41,687 bases of DNA from an uncultured Clostridia bacterium (lineage in GTDB: Bacteria > Bacillota > Clostridia > Christensenellales > UBA1242), in NCBI GenBank assembly GCA_947384015.1, contig CANDFN010000001.1, forward strand, positions 1-41,687. The letters are read 5' to 3'. Under the pieces are notes generated by a model that saw nothing but the letters and a program-made list of their open reading frames with translations, did no database searches and was not told where the DNA came from. Shown one piece after another: positions 1 to 8,845 of the stretch. Within the stretch, counting starts at the first letter, position 1; each line of letters begins with the position of its first letter. Made by a program: the position numbers and the translations under genes.

Positions 1-102
1 CCCCCCCCCCCCCCCCCCCCCCCCCCCCACACACCCCCCCCCCCCCCCCCCAAACCAACAATACCAACGACACTCTTTCCCTACACGACGCTCTTCCGAT
101 CT
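1..102. other. Sequencing/assembly artefact: poly-C tract (with a short acaca interruption) and degraded adapter-like bases, then the Illumina TruSeq universal adapter ACACTCTTTCCCTACACGACGCTCTTCCGATCT at 70-102
   Basis: Exact 33-nt match to the adapter at 70-102. The preceding poly-C is the reverse complement of the poly-G tail of two-colour Illumina read-through. Confidence 0.9.
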
Positions 103-141
103 AATGGTCTTGTTTAATAAAAAAGGGCAGTCTTGCCCTTT

Positions 142-1968
142 CTATTTAAATTCTTTTTTTCGCTTTGCTGGTTTTGTAGGTTTCTTTTCTTCTATAAGAT
201 TATTGCCTAACGACACATTAAATTGTTGTAACAAACAGAAATTGTTGTTATCGTTTATATCTATATCTACAATCATACCTTCATCTATGCAATAAGTAGT
301 TTTAGCTATTTGACGATATTCGTCTGTATGAGTAAATAAAATTATTGTTTTATGTTTACTTAGTTGCCATAAAATAGAAGTAATTCTATCCTTATCTTTT
401 TGAGTTAAAGAGTTTGGTATTTCATAAATCAACAAAGTGCTACAATTTGTAAGCAATGCCCTTGCCAATCCTATTAAGAATTTTTGCGCACGGCTAAAGC
501 TAGCATTTATTTCACTTTTAAAGCCTTTAGGTTTGCTCATTATATCATCATAAATATCTACACGTTTGCAAACCTTGTAAATTTTTTGTTTGTTGCGTTC
601 TATGGCTGTAAAGTTCTCCATAATAGTGCCGTCTATAAAATCTGGTTTTGCTGTGCAATAATATACATTAGAATTAAAACCTTTTGGATTATATTCCTTA
701 ATATTAATATTATTTAAAAGCACCACACCACTATCCGGTTCTATGCGTCTTCTTAACATATTAAATATTAAGCGCTTGCCACACCATTTACTACCATAAA
801 CCAAGTTTATGCTATTTTGGGCAAAAGAAATATCAACATCATTAAGTTCGCCATAATAAGGACTTTTTTTGTTTTTGTTTAAATAATTAACGCCAACAAA
901 ACTTATGTTTGTTGCACCATTATTTATATTAATGTTACCGAACTTGTTTATTTCTTCATCTGTAAAATTTAAAATTGTGCTTACACGTGACAACGCAACG
1001 TTTTTATCTGCCAAATTTTGTGTAATATTAAAGAAACTATTAAATTGCTCTGTTATGGTTAAAAAGTATGGAACTACAATTAAATAAAGTTCTACTGAAC
1101 ATAAATTTTTAGAAACCAAAAATATCATAACAGCAGTTAACAAAGATATAACCGCACTATAGTAAACAAAATACCACACATCTTTTTTTGCAGCTTGTGT
1201 ATAACGCCTCTTATCCGATAAGGTGTATTTTTTACAAGCTTTTAAATATTTTTTTTCATATTCACCATTGGCATCAAACTCGTTAATAACATCCTTGCTT
1301 TCTAATATTCTATTTACAGCCTCGTAAACTCCTTCTTTTGCCTCAAATTGTTTTTCTTTGGTTTTAGAATATGCAGTGTTTAAATGCTTTAAAATAAAAT
1401 AATTAATTGTGCAGAATACCACCGTAATTAAAGCAACCAACCAACTTGCCTTTGCAACAATAACCAAACATACAATCGCTTGTAAAACTTTACTGATGTT
1501 CTGCGTTAGATTATCGCTTATATAAGAAAGTGTGTCAACATCTCCAAGCATTATGTTTTGGATTTTTTCGTTGCTGGTTTTTGTAAAATTAGAAGTTTTA
1601 GAATGCAATAATTTATCTATAAGTTTTGTAGAAGCCTTTATAAAACTTTTATTAAATGATTTATTGTAAAGAACATACGTTAAATAACTAAAAATATTAC
1701 GCGCAACTAGAAACGTTAGTTCTAAAATAAGGTTAAAATATGCATAGGAAAAATCTCCTGGAGTAGAACCCATAGGCAAACCATTATAAACACCAACAAT
1801 TATACGTGCTGTAAAAATTGCCCCCACTGCTTTAAGCACATAATGAATAATGTAACATAATAATTGCAAAAAAATTAAACCCTTACCTGGGCTTGCAAGT
1901 TCTTTATAGGTCATATTTGTAGATTTGGTTTTTACCTTTTTAGTATTTTCTTCTTTTGTTTTTAACAT
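142..1968 (-). CDS. ABC exporter, fused transmembrane domain plus nucleotide-binding domain; NBD motifs degenerate
   Basis: 608 aa. The N-terminal half is hydrophobic with type-I exporter TM helices. The C-terminal NBD has a Walker-A-like GSKWCGKR, a signature-like FSRAQ, a Walker-B-like LLIYEI and an H-loop FTHT. AGGAG lies 5 nt upstream of the ATG at 1968. Confidence 0.75.
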   Translation of the reverse strand: MLKTKEENTKKVKTKSTNMTYKELASPGKGLIFLQLLCYIIHYVLKAVGAIFTARIIVGVYNGLPMGSTPGDFSYAYFNLILELTFLVARNIFSYLTYVLYNKSFNKSFIKASTKLIDKLLHSKTSNFTKTSNEKIQNIMLGDVDTLSYISDNLTQNISKVLQAIVCLVIVAKASWLVALITVVFCTINYFILKHLNTAYSKTKEKQFEAKEGVYEAVNRILESKDVINEFDANGEYEKKYLKACKKYTLSDKRRYTQAAKKDVWYFVYYSAVISLLTAVMIFLVSKNLCSVELYLIVVPYFLTITEQFNSFFNITQNLADKNVALSRVSTILNFTDEEINKFGNININNGATNISFVGVNYLNKNKKSPYYGELNDVDISFAQNSINLVYGSKWCGKRLIFNMLRRRIEPDSGVVLLNNINIKEYNPKGFNSNVYYCTAKPDFIDGTIMENFTAIERNKQKIYKVCKRVDIYDDIMSKPKGFKSEINASFSRAQKFLIGLARALLTNCSTLLIYEIPNSLTQKDKDRITSILWQLSKHKTIILFTHTDEYRQIAKTTYCIDEGMIVDIDINDNNNFCLLQQFNVSLGNNLIEEKKPTKPAKRKKEFK

Positions 1969-2103
1969 AAAAGCTCCTATATGTTAAAATATTAACATAA
2001 TTTAGCATAATTTGACAATCAAATAAATAATCAACAACTGATAATCCTAAAATTTTTATTGTTTACCAAGCCTACTGTTTGGTTTTTTGCCTTTCTAAAT
2101 TGT

Positions 2104-2132
2104 TTGACATAACCCAAAATTTAATATATAAT
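2104..2132 (+). promoter_or_regulatory. Consensus sigma-A type promoter upstream of dnaA (TTGACA-N17-TATAAT)
   Basis: TTGACA at 2104-2109, 17-nt spacer, TATAAT at 2127-2132. GGAG RBS at about 2143 and ATG at 2153. Confidence 0.55.
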
Positions 2133-2152
2133 TATTAGGTTTAGGAGAAAGC

Positions 2153-3487
2153 ATGTTACTAGATGACCAATGGAAAAGAGTTTTAAATAAGTTAGAAAAT
2201 GAAGTTACTGCGGTAACTTTTGATTTATGGTTAAGCACACTTACCCCTATTGTTTATTCTAATGACGAACTTATTTTACTAGCCCCAAGCATTACGGCTA
2301 AAAATCAAGTTAATCAACCAGCAATATATAATAAGCTAACCAAATGTGTTAGAGAAGAATTTACACTTTACACCACTGTGCGTGTAACAGACAATCAAGA
2401 GTATGAAGAAAGCTTAAAAGCAAAAACGCAAAAAGCAGAAGAAAAGGCTGCACCTAGTAAATTTAATAAAAAATATACTTTTGACAATTTTGTTGTAGGT
2501 AAATCTAACCAAGTTGTGTATGCTGCAATGAAAAATGTTGCAGAACGTCCAAGTAGCAAGTTTAACCCTCTATTTATTTATGGTGGTGTTGGGCTTGGCA
2601 AAACCCACTTGTTGCATGCTGTTGGAAACTATCTTTGGGAAAGTAGACCAGACCTTAATGTTATATATGTAACTTGCGAAAAGTTTACAAACGATTATGT
2701 AGACTATCTTAGAAACAGTAAAGACAAATTAAACAGCGAATTTAGAGATAAATACCGCACAGTAGATGTGCTTATGATTGACGATATTCAATTTATATCT
2801 AACCGTATGGGTATTCAGGAAGAATTTTTCCACACTTTTAACGACCTTTATCAAAGCAACAAACAAATTATAATAGCATCAGACCGCCCACCAAAAGAGA
2901 TGAGCGCCTTAGAAGAGCGTTTGCGCAGTAGATTTTCTAGCGGACTTATTCAAGATATTCAAGAACCAGACTATGAAACCAAGGTTGCAATTATTAAAAA
3001 GAAATGTAGTCAAGACGGCTATTTAGTGGACGAAGATGTTGTTGACTTCATTGCACAAAGAACAGGAACCAACATCCGTGAAATGGAAGGGATTTTATCT
3101 AAGGTTGTATTCTATTCTAGCCTACTTGGTAAAACACATGCCACAATGGAAGATGCAAAAGAAGCACTTAAAGATTATGGCGAAAGTGAACGCACAAACT
3201 TAGACGCAAACAAAATCATTACCACCGTATGCGATTTCTTTAAAGTTACTAAAGACGATTTACTTGGCAAAAAGAAAAACAAAGAGATTGTAGAACCAAG
3301 ACAGATGTGTATCTACTTAATTAACGACATGTTAAACATTCCGCTTACCGCTATTGGCGAACTTATGGGCGGACGCGACCATACAACAATAATGCATGCA
3401 CGCGATAAAATTAGCAATCAAATAAAAATTAATCCACATGTAAAAACATTGGTTAACGATATAAAATCAAGATTATTACAATATTAA
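2153..3487 (+). CDS. dnaA: Chromosomal replication initiator protein DnaA
   Basis: 444 aa. Walker A GGVGLGKTHLLHA, Walker B LMIDDIQF, sensor region, and C-terminal DNA-binding helix (MGGRDHTTIMHARDKI). Confidence 0.97.
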   Translation: MLLDDQWKRVLNKLENEVTAVTFDLWLSTLTPIVYSNDELILLAPSITAKNQVNQPAIYNKLTKCVREEFTLYTTVRVTDNQEYEESLKAKTQKAEEKAAPSKFNKKYTFDNFVVGKSNQVVYAAMKNVAERPSSKFNPLFIYGGVGLGKTHLLHAVGNYLWESRPDLNVIYVTCEKFTNDYVDYLRNSKDKLNSEFRDKYRTVDVLMIDDIQFISNRMGIQEEFFHTFNDLYQSNKQIIIASDRPPKEMSALEERLRSRFSSGLIQDIQEPDYETKVAIIKKKCSQDGYLVDEDVVDFIAQRTGTNIREMEGILSKVVFYSSLLGKTHATMEDAKEALKDYGESERTNLDANKIITTVCDFFKVTKDDLLGKKKNKEIVEPRQMCIYLINDMLNIPLTAIGELMGGRDHTTIMHARDKISNQIKINPHVKTLVNDIKSRLLQY

Positions 3488-3516
3488 AAAAGCGGTGATA
3501 ACCGCTTGTTTTTTTA
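3488..3516 (+). terminator. Rho-independent terminator after dnaA
   Basis: AAGCGGT-GATA-ACCGCTT stem-loop followed by a T-run. Confidence 0.7.
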
Positions 3517-3539
3517 CTAATCTAATCTCTATCAATATA

Positions 3540-3818
3540 CTAATCTATTTCATACATTATTTCTTTATAATCCATGCCTATTTTTATACCAATATTCAAG
3601 GTTGTAGAAGCAACAATATATTCTTTTTCATCTAAATAATTAATTAAATCAAATTCAACTTTTTTCAATAAGTCTTTTAACTCTTTATTTAGTTTAGTTA
3701 AAAATAGTTTATAGTTTTTAGCATATTCGCTTTCTTCAAAAGGTTTTACATTCATATATCTATCAAAAAAACCTGATTGCAGCACCATGTCATAAAGAAT
3801 AGAAGATCTATCTATCAT
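3540..3818 (-). CDS. Small helical hypothetical protein, resembling small proteins that accompany XRE regulators in clostridial mobile elements
   Basis: The ORF track starts at GTG 3836. ATG 3818 is preferred because GGGAGG lies 5 nt upstream. 92 aa with no TM segment. It is divergent from the tandem-HTH gene. Confidence 0.5.
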   Translation of the reverse strand: MIDRSSILYDMVLQSGFFDRYMNVKPFEESEYAKNYKLFLTKLNKELKDLLKKVEFDLINYLDEKEYIVASTTLNIGIKIGMDYKEIMYEID

Positions 3819-3936
3819 TTTTACCTCCCTTTTCACATTATATACTACATAAATGACTTATGTTAATCTTTTTTTAATATATTTTATATGAATGACTTAA
3901 ATAGGTTTCAAGTAATTTATATAGTATATTGTTAAT

Positions 3937-4368
3937 ATGATAAAAATTGGTAAACGTCTTCAAGAGCTAATAGAAATAGAAAATGTTGAAAATAAAAATC
4001 TTGCCAGTGCTTTGGGTTTGACAGATAGTTCTTTGATTTCAAAATGGATTTACGCTGACACAATCCCCTCTTTTGAGCATTCTATAAAAATAGCCGATTA
4101 TTTTAATGTTTCGCTGGATTATCTTTTTGGACGCACGGATGATTATTCCAAATGCAACTTTAAAACAACTCCTCCCTTTTATGAACAACTTTTAAAAGTT
4201 ATGAAAGAGCATAAAAAAACACAATACCAACTCATAAAAGATAAAGTTGTGCTAGTTAACAGCTTCCATATGTGGAATAAACAAAAACGTTTACCTAAAA
4301 TGGAAACTCTAATCAAACTTGCAGACTATCTAGGTATTACACTTGATTACCTAGTAGGTAGAGAATAA
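3937..4368 (+). CDS. Tandem helix-turn-helix (XRE-family) transcriptional regulator
   Basis: 143 aa with two HTH_3-like repeats, each ending in the typical motif (ADYFNVSLDYLFGRTD and ADYLGITLDYLVGRE). Confidence 0.75.
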   Translation: MIKIGKRLQELIEIENVENKNLASALGLTDSSLISKWIYADTIPSFEHSIKIADYFNVSLDYLFGRTDDYSKCNFKTTPPFYEQLLKVMKEHKKTQYQLIKDKVVLVNSFHMWNKQKRLPKMETLIKLADYLGITLDYLVGRE

Positions 4369-4370
4369 TA

Positions 4371-4396
4371 AAAAAGAGTTCTAGTAACTCTTTTTT
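4371..4396. terminator. Bidirectional terminator between the convergent HTH gene and recF
   Basis: A5-GAGTT-CTAGT-AACTC-T6 hairpin. Confidence 0.6.
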
Positions 4397-4411
4397 GTTT
4401 ATATTTACAAA

Positions 4412-5488
4412 CTATTCCACATTACCATTTTTTACATTTATTGTTGTGTATTTAATTTCTGTGTTTGGCACGGCGGTGCAAGTTATAAGTGTTTGAAATT
4501 TTTGGCACATATTAAGCAAACGGTTTTGTCTGCCAGCATCTAACTCGCTTAACACATCGTCCAAAAGCAAAATTGGATATTCTCCAATTTCTTCTTTAAC
4601 AACCTCCATAAGCGCAAGCTTTAACACAAGTGCTACCGTCCTCTGTTGCCCTTGGCTTGCAAATGCACGGCAATCCTTTCCGTCTATTTTAAACACAATA
4701 TCATCCCTATGCGGGCCAAGGCAAGTATAACCCAACTCTAACTCTTTGTCTATAATACGCTCAAACCCTAAAGCCAAATCTTCGCTAATTGTTTTATCTT
4801 GCTTAGGTGTGTAACTGTAAGCAATTTCCAGCTCTTCTGTTAAAGTTATCTCTTTATGAATTGCAACCGCATAAGCCTTTAACTTTTCTATAAATTTTAG
4901 TCTCTTTTCTATTATTCGGGTGGCGGTTTCTATAAGTTGAGGTGTAAATAATTGCAGTTGCTCCTTCTTAGCCTCTGTGCTTGCAAAATCCTTTAAAATT
5001 GCGTTGCGTTGTTTTAAAATTTTATCGTATTTTAAAAGATCGTATAAATAAACCTTATCAAACTGGCTAATAGAAATATCTAAAAAATTACGCCTATCTT
5101 CTGGCACTTCCTTAATAAGCTTTAACTCGTCTGGGCTAAAGTATACTACCGACAATACCCCCACAAGTTCGGTTAGCTTAAGCACATTTAGGTTGTTTAT
5201 TTTTATATATTTTTTGTTGCTTACATCTAAATAAATTTGTATATTTTTTTTACCAGCGCTTGTAACAAAGCTTAAATCTATTTTACTGCGCTGTTCGTTA
5301 AACTTAACAATCTGTTTATCTTTACTGTTTTTAGGGCTTCTACCAACGCTTGTTAAATATACACTTTCTAGCATATTTGTTTTGCCCTGAGCATTGCTTC
5401 CAACAACAAAATTAACCCCTTCGTTAAAATTGACATTAGAAGAAGTATAGTTTCTAAAATTTGTTAAGTTTAATGTGGTGAGCCTCAT
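4412..5488 (-). CDS. recF: DNA replication and repair protein RecF
   Basis: 358 aa. N-terminal LTNFRNY...GSNAQGKTNMLE Walker A, signature-like SQGQQRT, and Walker B LLLDDVLSELD. Confidence 0.93.
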   Translation of the reverse strand: MRLTTLNLTNFRNYTSSNVNFNEGVNFVVGSNAQGKTNMLESVYLTSVGRSPKNSKDKQIVKFNEQRSKIDLSFVTSAGKKNIQIYLDVSNKKYIKINNLNVLKLTELVGVLSVVYFSPDELKLIKEVPEDRRNFLDISISQFDKVYLYDLLKYDKILKQRNAILKDFASTEAKKEQLQLFTPQLIETATRIIEKRLKFIEKLKAYAVAIHKEITLTEELEIAYSYTPKQDKTISEDLALGFERIIDKELELGYTCLGPHRDDIVFKIDGKDCRAFASQGQQRTVALVLKLALMEVVKEEIGEYPILLLDDVLSELDAGRQNRLLNMCQKFQTLITCTAVPNTEIKYTTINVKNGNVE

Positions 5489-5543
5489 AAAAGGATTATA
5501 TAATTTTACATTTATTTTGTCAAGGTAGTTGCCGAATTATAAT

Positions 5544-5572
5544 TTGACTAAACATTAAATTTGTTGTATAAT
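5544..5572 (+). promoter_or_regulatory. Near-consensus promoter (TTGACT-N17-TATAAT) placing the rsmG ATG at about +1
   Basis: TTGACT at 5544-5549 and TATAAT at 5567-5572. The ATG at 5579 lies 6 nt after the -10 box, and there is no SD. Confidence 0.45.
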
Positions 5573-5578
5573 AAAAAT

Positions 5579-6280
5579 ATGAATATTATAACTAACACCC
5601 AGCAAGAGATAGATAATTGCAACAGCCTATTAAACAATAATTTATTGGACTTTGAAAGTTATTATAATTTTTTAATTGAATATAACCAAAAAGTAAACCT
5701 AACAGCAATTACCAAAAAAGAAGAAGTCTTTAGCAAACATTTTTTAGACAGTATCCTTGCTGAAAACGAAATACCTCTTGGCGCAAGTGTTGTTGATATT
5801 GGCACCGGGGCAGGTTTCCCCAGCCTACCATTAAAAATTGTTAGAGACGATATTAATCTTTGTATGGTAGACAGTTTAAACAAACGCATAACCTTTTTAA
5901 ACCAGTTGTGTAAATTGCTTAATGCGGAAGCCTCCAAAATTCATGCTCGTGCAGAAGAATTTGCAAAAGACCAACGAGAAGTTTTTGATGTTGCACTTGC
6001 ACGCGCGGTTGCAAAAACCAACACTTTGGTAGAATATTTGTTACCTCTTGTTAAAGTTGGCGGTAAAGTAATTTTATATAAAAGCGGAAACTATGAGGAA
6101 GAGCTAAAAGACGCTGAACATGCTATTAAAATTTTAGGCGGTAATATTAACGCTGTAAAATTATATACCTTGCCAAACGATATGGGAGAGCGTTCTTTAA
6201 TAGTAATAGAAAAAGTTAAAAAAACACCGCGCATCTACCCAAGAGGCAAAAACCTACCAAAACTACAACCTTTACAATAG
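5579..6280 (+). CDS. rsmG: 16S rRNA (guanine527-N7)-methyltransferase RsmG (GidB)
   Basis: SAM motif VVDIGTGAGFPSLPLKI and RsmG-like length. The ORF-track TTG start at 5561 falls inside the -10/spacer of the predicted promoter, so ATG 5579 is preferred. Confidence 0.9.
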   Translation: MNIITNTQQEIDNCNSLLNNNLLDFESYYNFLIEYNQKVNLTAITKKEEVFSKHFLDSILAENEIPLGASVVDIGTGAGFPSLPLKIVRDDINLCMVDSLNKRITFLNQLCKLLNAEASKIHARAEEFAKDQREVFDVALARAVAKTNTLVEYLLPLVKVGGKVILYKSGNYEEELKDAEHAIKILGGNINAVKLYTLPNDMGERSLIVIEKVKKTPRIYPRGKNLPKLQPLQ

Positions 6281-6333
6281 CAAAAACATCATCTTGCCTT
6301 ATACATAAGGCTTGTTACAATTTAAGGAGCAGT

Positions 6334-6963
6334 ATGCTAAACGATGCATTTAAATATTATTACACAGCCACCACGTTAAAAGACTCTTTGCGTGAAGGTG
6401 CTGTTCAATGGCAAGTAAATAAAGAAAGAAAAGAAAGTATTGCCGAGCATACCTTTGGTTGTTTAATTTTGGCAACAGCTTTATATGATGAGCTTAAACT
6501 AACACTAAACCTAGACCGTGTTTTAAGCATGCTTGCTATACACGAGCTTGAAGAAGTTTGCATTGGGGACATCACTCCACTAAGCCACCAAGATAAAAAC
6601 GACTTAAAGCAAATTGCACGACAAGGGGTTGAAAGCATGCTATCCAACACCCAATGTAAAACTCGTATAATGTTATTAACGGATGAGTATAATGCAAACA
6701 TTACTCCAGAAGCCCGTTTTGCAAAAGCAATAGACAAATTAGAATGTGTGTTAGAATTTAAAAAATATCAGGACTTGGGTCAAGTAAGTTTAAAAAATCT
6801 AACCGAAGACATGTTGCAAAATAAACTCCTTAAAAATTTTGTAGACGCCGGTAAATATGACCTTGCAGATATATTCTTTATTTATCACATGCCTGCCTAT
6901 TCCTATTTGGGCATAGATGAAAATTATTGGTTTAACAACTTAAAACCATTAAAGATAAAATAA
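6334..6963 (+). CDS. HD-domain metal-dependent phosphohydrolase (YfbR-like 5'-deoxynucleotidase family)
   Basis: 209 aa with ESIAEHTF...HELEEVCIGDITP...AKAIDKLE, the H...HE/HD...D pattern. AAGGAG RBS. Confidence 0.7.
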   Translation: MLNDAFKYYYTATTLKDSLREGAVQWQVNKERKESIAEHTFGCLILATALYDELKLTLNLDRVLSMLAIHELEEVCIGDITPLSHQDKNDLKQIARQGVESMLSNTQCKTRIMLLTDEYNANITPEARFAKAIDKLECVLEFKKYQDLGQVSLKNLTEDMLQNKLLKNFVDAGKYDLADIFFIYHMPAYSYLGIDENYWFNNLKPLKIK

Positions 6964-6974
6964 CAACTTAACAA

Positions 6975-7011
6975 CAAAAAACATTCTATTGATTTAATAG
7001 AATGTTTTTTT
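6975..7011. terminator. Bidirectional terminator between the HD gene and the convergent TetR gene
   Basis: 10-bp perfect stem ACATTCTATT/AATAGAATGT with a 5-nt loop, flanked by an A-run and a T-run. Confidence 0.65.
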
Positions 7012-7026
7012 ACAATTAAAATGTTG

Positions 7027-7599
7027 TTATGTTTTATTTCTTTTATTCTCATTAACATCTTCAAATGGTCTAACACATTTTATAATAATGTTAGAAATAA
7101 AATCAATTTCTTCTTTACAGCCATTGTTTATCCACTCTTCAATAACCGCGTATACACCATTTATATAATATGCAGAATAATAACCTCTTTCCTTTTCATT
7201 AATACTGAATTTGTTAAATATAGGAAATAAGATGTTCGCTTTTAAATAGTTATATTTATTTAACGATTGCATTATATATGGGTGTTTTACAGAAACCTGA
7301 AAAACCACTTTGTTTTCCTTAATATAATTTAAATAAGGTAATAAGTATTCTGGCGTTATAAAAATTAATTCGTTTTTGTTATTAGTATTTATCTTTTTTG
7401 TTATTGAGTTATGATTTTCGGTAAAATATGACAAAAAGTTTTTATTAATGTTTTCTATTGTTTCTAATAACAAATCTTCAACATTGTCATAATGCAGATA
7501 AAAGGTAGAGCGATTTACACCCGCCTTTTTACAAATTTCTTTTATTGTTATAAATTCGTAATCCTTCTTGTTTAATAGTTCTATAAGTGCTTGATTCAT
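7027..7599 (-). CDS. TetR/AcrR family transcriptional regulator
   Basis: N-terminal HTH ITIKEICKKAGVNRSTFYLHYDNVEDLL. Start is ATG 7599, or TTG 7605 as in the ORF track. Confidence 0.85.
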   Translation of the reverse strand: MNQALIELLNKKDYEFITIKEICKKAGVNRSTFYLHYDNVEDLLLETIENINKNFLSYFTENHNSITKKINTNNKNELIFITPEYLLPYLNYIKENKVVFQVSVKHPYIMQSLNKYNYLKANILFPIFNKFSINEKERGYYSAYYINGVYAVIEEWINNGCKEEIDFISNIIIKCVRPFEDVNENKRNKT

Positions 7600-7651
7600 A
7601 AGCAAAGCCGTATTATAGTATTTGCTTTCTTATTCATAGCACTTCTCCTTT

Positions 7652-8005
7652 TTATTCTTCATCACTAATTTCTTTTGCAAGTTTCATAATATCAGAACCA
7701 TACTTTGCTTTGCCATTTTCACGCATCTTTTTGTATATGATATAGTTAACTGAACATCCTATTATTCCAATCACACCAACCACTATGCCAATTACCATTG
7801 CAATCACACCAGAGCCAATTACCTTCATTGCCAAACACATACCAGTGCCTAAAATTAAAGCACAAACAACACCAAAAGTGTAAGCAAATATCATTGCTGG
7901 AAGCTTAGCTTTTTTATCTAACTTTTTTAATTGTTTAACCTTTGTTGTGTTTTTTTGCGCATATTCGTTTGCAATATGCTCTGCATAAATTTTATCTGTA
8001 TTCAT
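7652..8005 (-). CDS. Small membrane protein (two Gly-rich TM helices), co-oriented upstream of the TetR gene
   Basis: 117 aa. Hydrophobic core AMIFAYTFGVVCALILGTG...VIGIIGCSV. GGAGG RBS. Confidence 0.5.
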   Translation of the reverse strand: MNTDKIYAEHIANEYAQKNTTKVKQLKKLDKKAKLPAMIFAYTFGVVCALILGTGMCLAMKVIGSGVIAMVIGIVVGVIGIIGCSVNYIIYKKMRENGKAKYGSDIMKLAKEISDEE

Positions 8006-8187
8006 CTCTATACCTCCTTTATGAATTACAACTAAATTATAGCAGAGATAAATAGATAATCACACAACACAAAATTTAAAAAATGTTGATTTAAAAAAGT
8101 TTATTGCATTTTTATTATAACGCAAAGTTTATTATTCATATACCTATTTATATTATTTAAATAAATAAAAAAAGGCTATAGAGCCTT

Positions 8188-8724
8188 TTATACGGTTGCA
8201 TTACTAGAATCTAAGTAATCAAACTCAGTTTCATCTGCGCTTGTTTTTTTATTTTTAGTAATGCCAACACTAGTTCTTTCAACTGGTGCAACCTTATTTT
8301 GTTTTTCTGCCAAGTATGCATCACGGTCATCTCTATATTTTTGACTAAACCAATATTCTCTCATTAGCTTGTCATATTTCTTCCATTGATGTGCCTTTTT
8401 TAGTTCTTTAAAATTTCTCTCTGCCTGAGCATAATCTTCTTTTGTTGGTTTAGGTTGAGTTTCGTCATCTGCCGCACCAAAACCTGCAAACAAAGACAAG
8501 CCAGAAGTTAAAATGCTGCAACCGGCAAGAATTGCTAAACCAATAGCCGCACCACCGCCCAAAATAACTGCACCTGCTATAGCCGCACTTCCAAATAGTG
8601 CGAAAATTGCAGCAACAACACTCATTCTTCTCTTATTGCTAATATTACATTCTACTGTAGCCATGGTTTCATATTCTAACCAATCGTTATAAGTAATTTC
8701 GTTAATAGAATTAAAGACTTTCAT
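8188..8724 (-). CDS. Hypothetical membrane protein (Gly/Ala-zipper TM pair with a charged C-terminal tail)
   Basis: 178 aa, GGGAG RBS, terminator hairpin at about 8168-8190. Confidence 0.45.
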   Translation of the reverse strand: MKVFNSINEITYNDWLEYETMATVECNISNKRRMSVVAAIFALFGSAAIAGAVILGGGAAIGLAILAGCSILTSGLSLFAGFGAADDETQPKPTKEDYAQAERNFKELKKAHQWKKYDKLMREYWFSQKYRDDRDAYLAEKQNKVAPVERTSVGITKNKKTSADETEFDYLDSSNATV

Positions 8725-8845
8725 ATAATCTCCCTTTTATGCAAAAATAATAACACCGGTTTAACGGTTTGTCAATAGCTAAATTTTAATTTTTAAAATA
8801 AAAAATCGCATATAAAACAAAAAATCCGCGTTTTTGCGGATCTTT

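Noticed and set aside
1-52. Poly-C tract as a biological homopolymer, such as a phase-variation tract or telomere-like end
   Set aside because: It is directly fused to an exact Illumina adapter, and it is the reverse complement of the poly-G no-signal artefact. It is therefore technical.
104-1087. Plus-strand ORFs 104-295, 484-717 and 905-1087
   Set aside because: They lie entirely antisense within the 608-aa ABC exporter gene. They have low-complexity Phe/Ile/Leu-rich translations and no RBS, so they are shadow ORFs of AT-rich DNA.
1969-2152. oriC or DnaA boxes immediately upstream of dnaA
   Set aside because: Visual scanning found no CCACA or TGTGG core in the 184-bp region, only a promoter.
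5662-6737. Minus-strand ORFs 5662-5937 and 6405-6737
   Set aside because: They are antisense shadows inside rsmG and the HD hydrolase gene, which both carry clear family motifs.
7021-7230. Plus-strand ORF 7021-7230
   Set aside because: It is antisense to the C-terminal part of the TetR regulator and starts inside the bidirectional terminator region.
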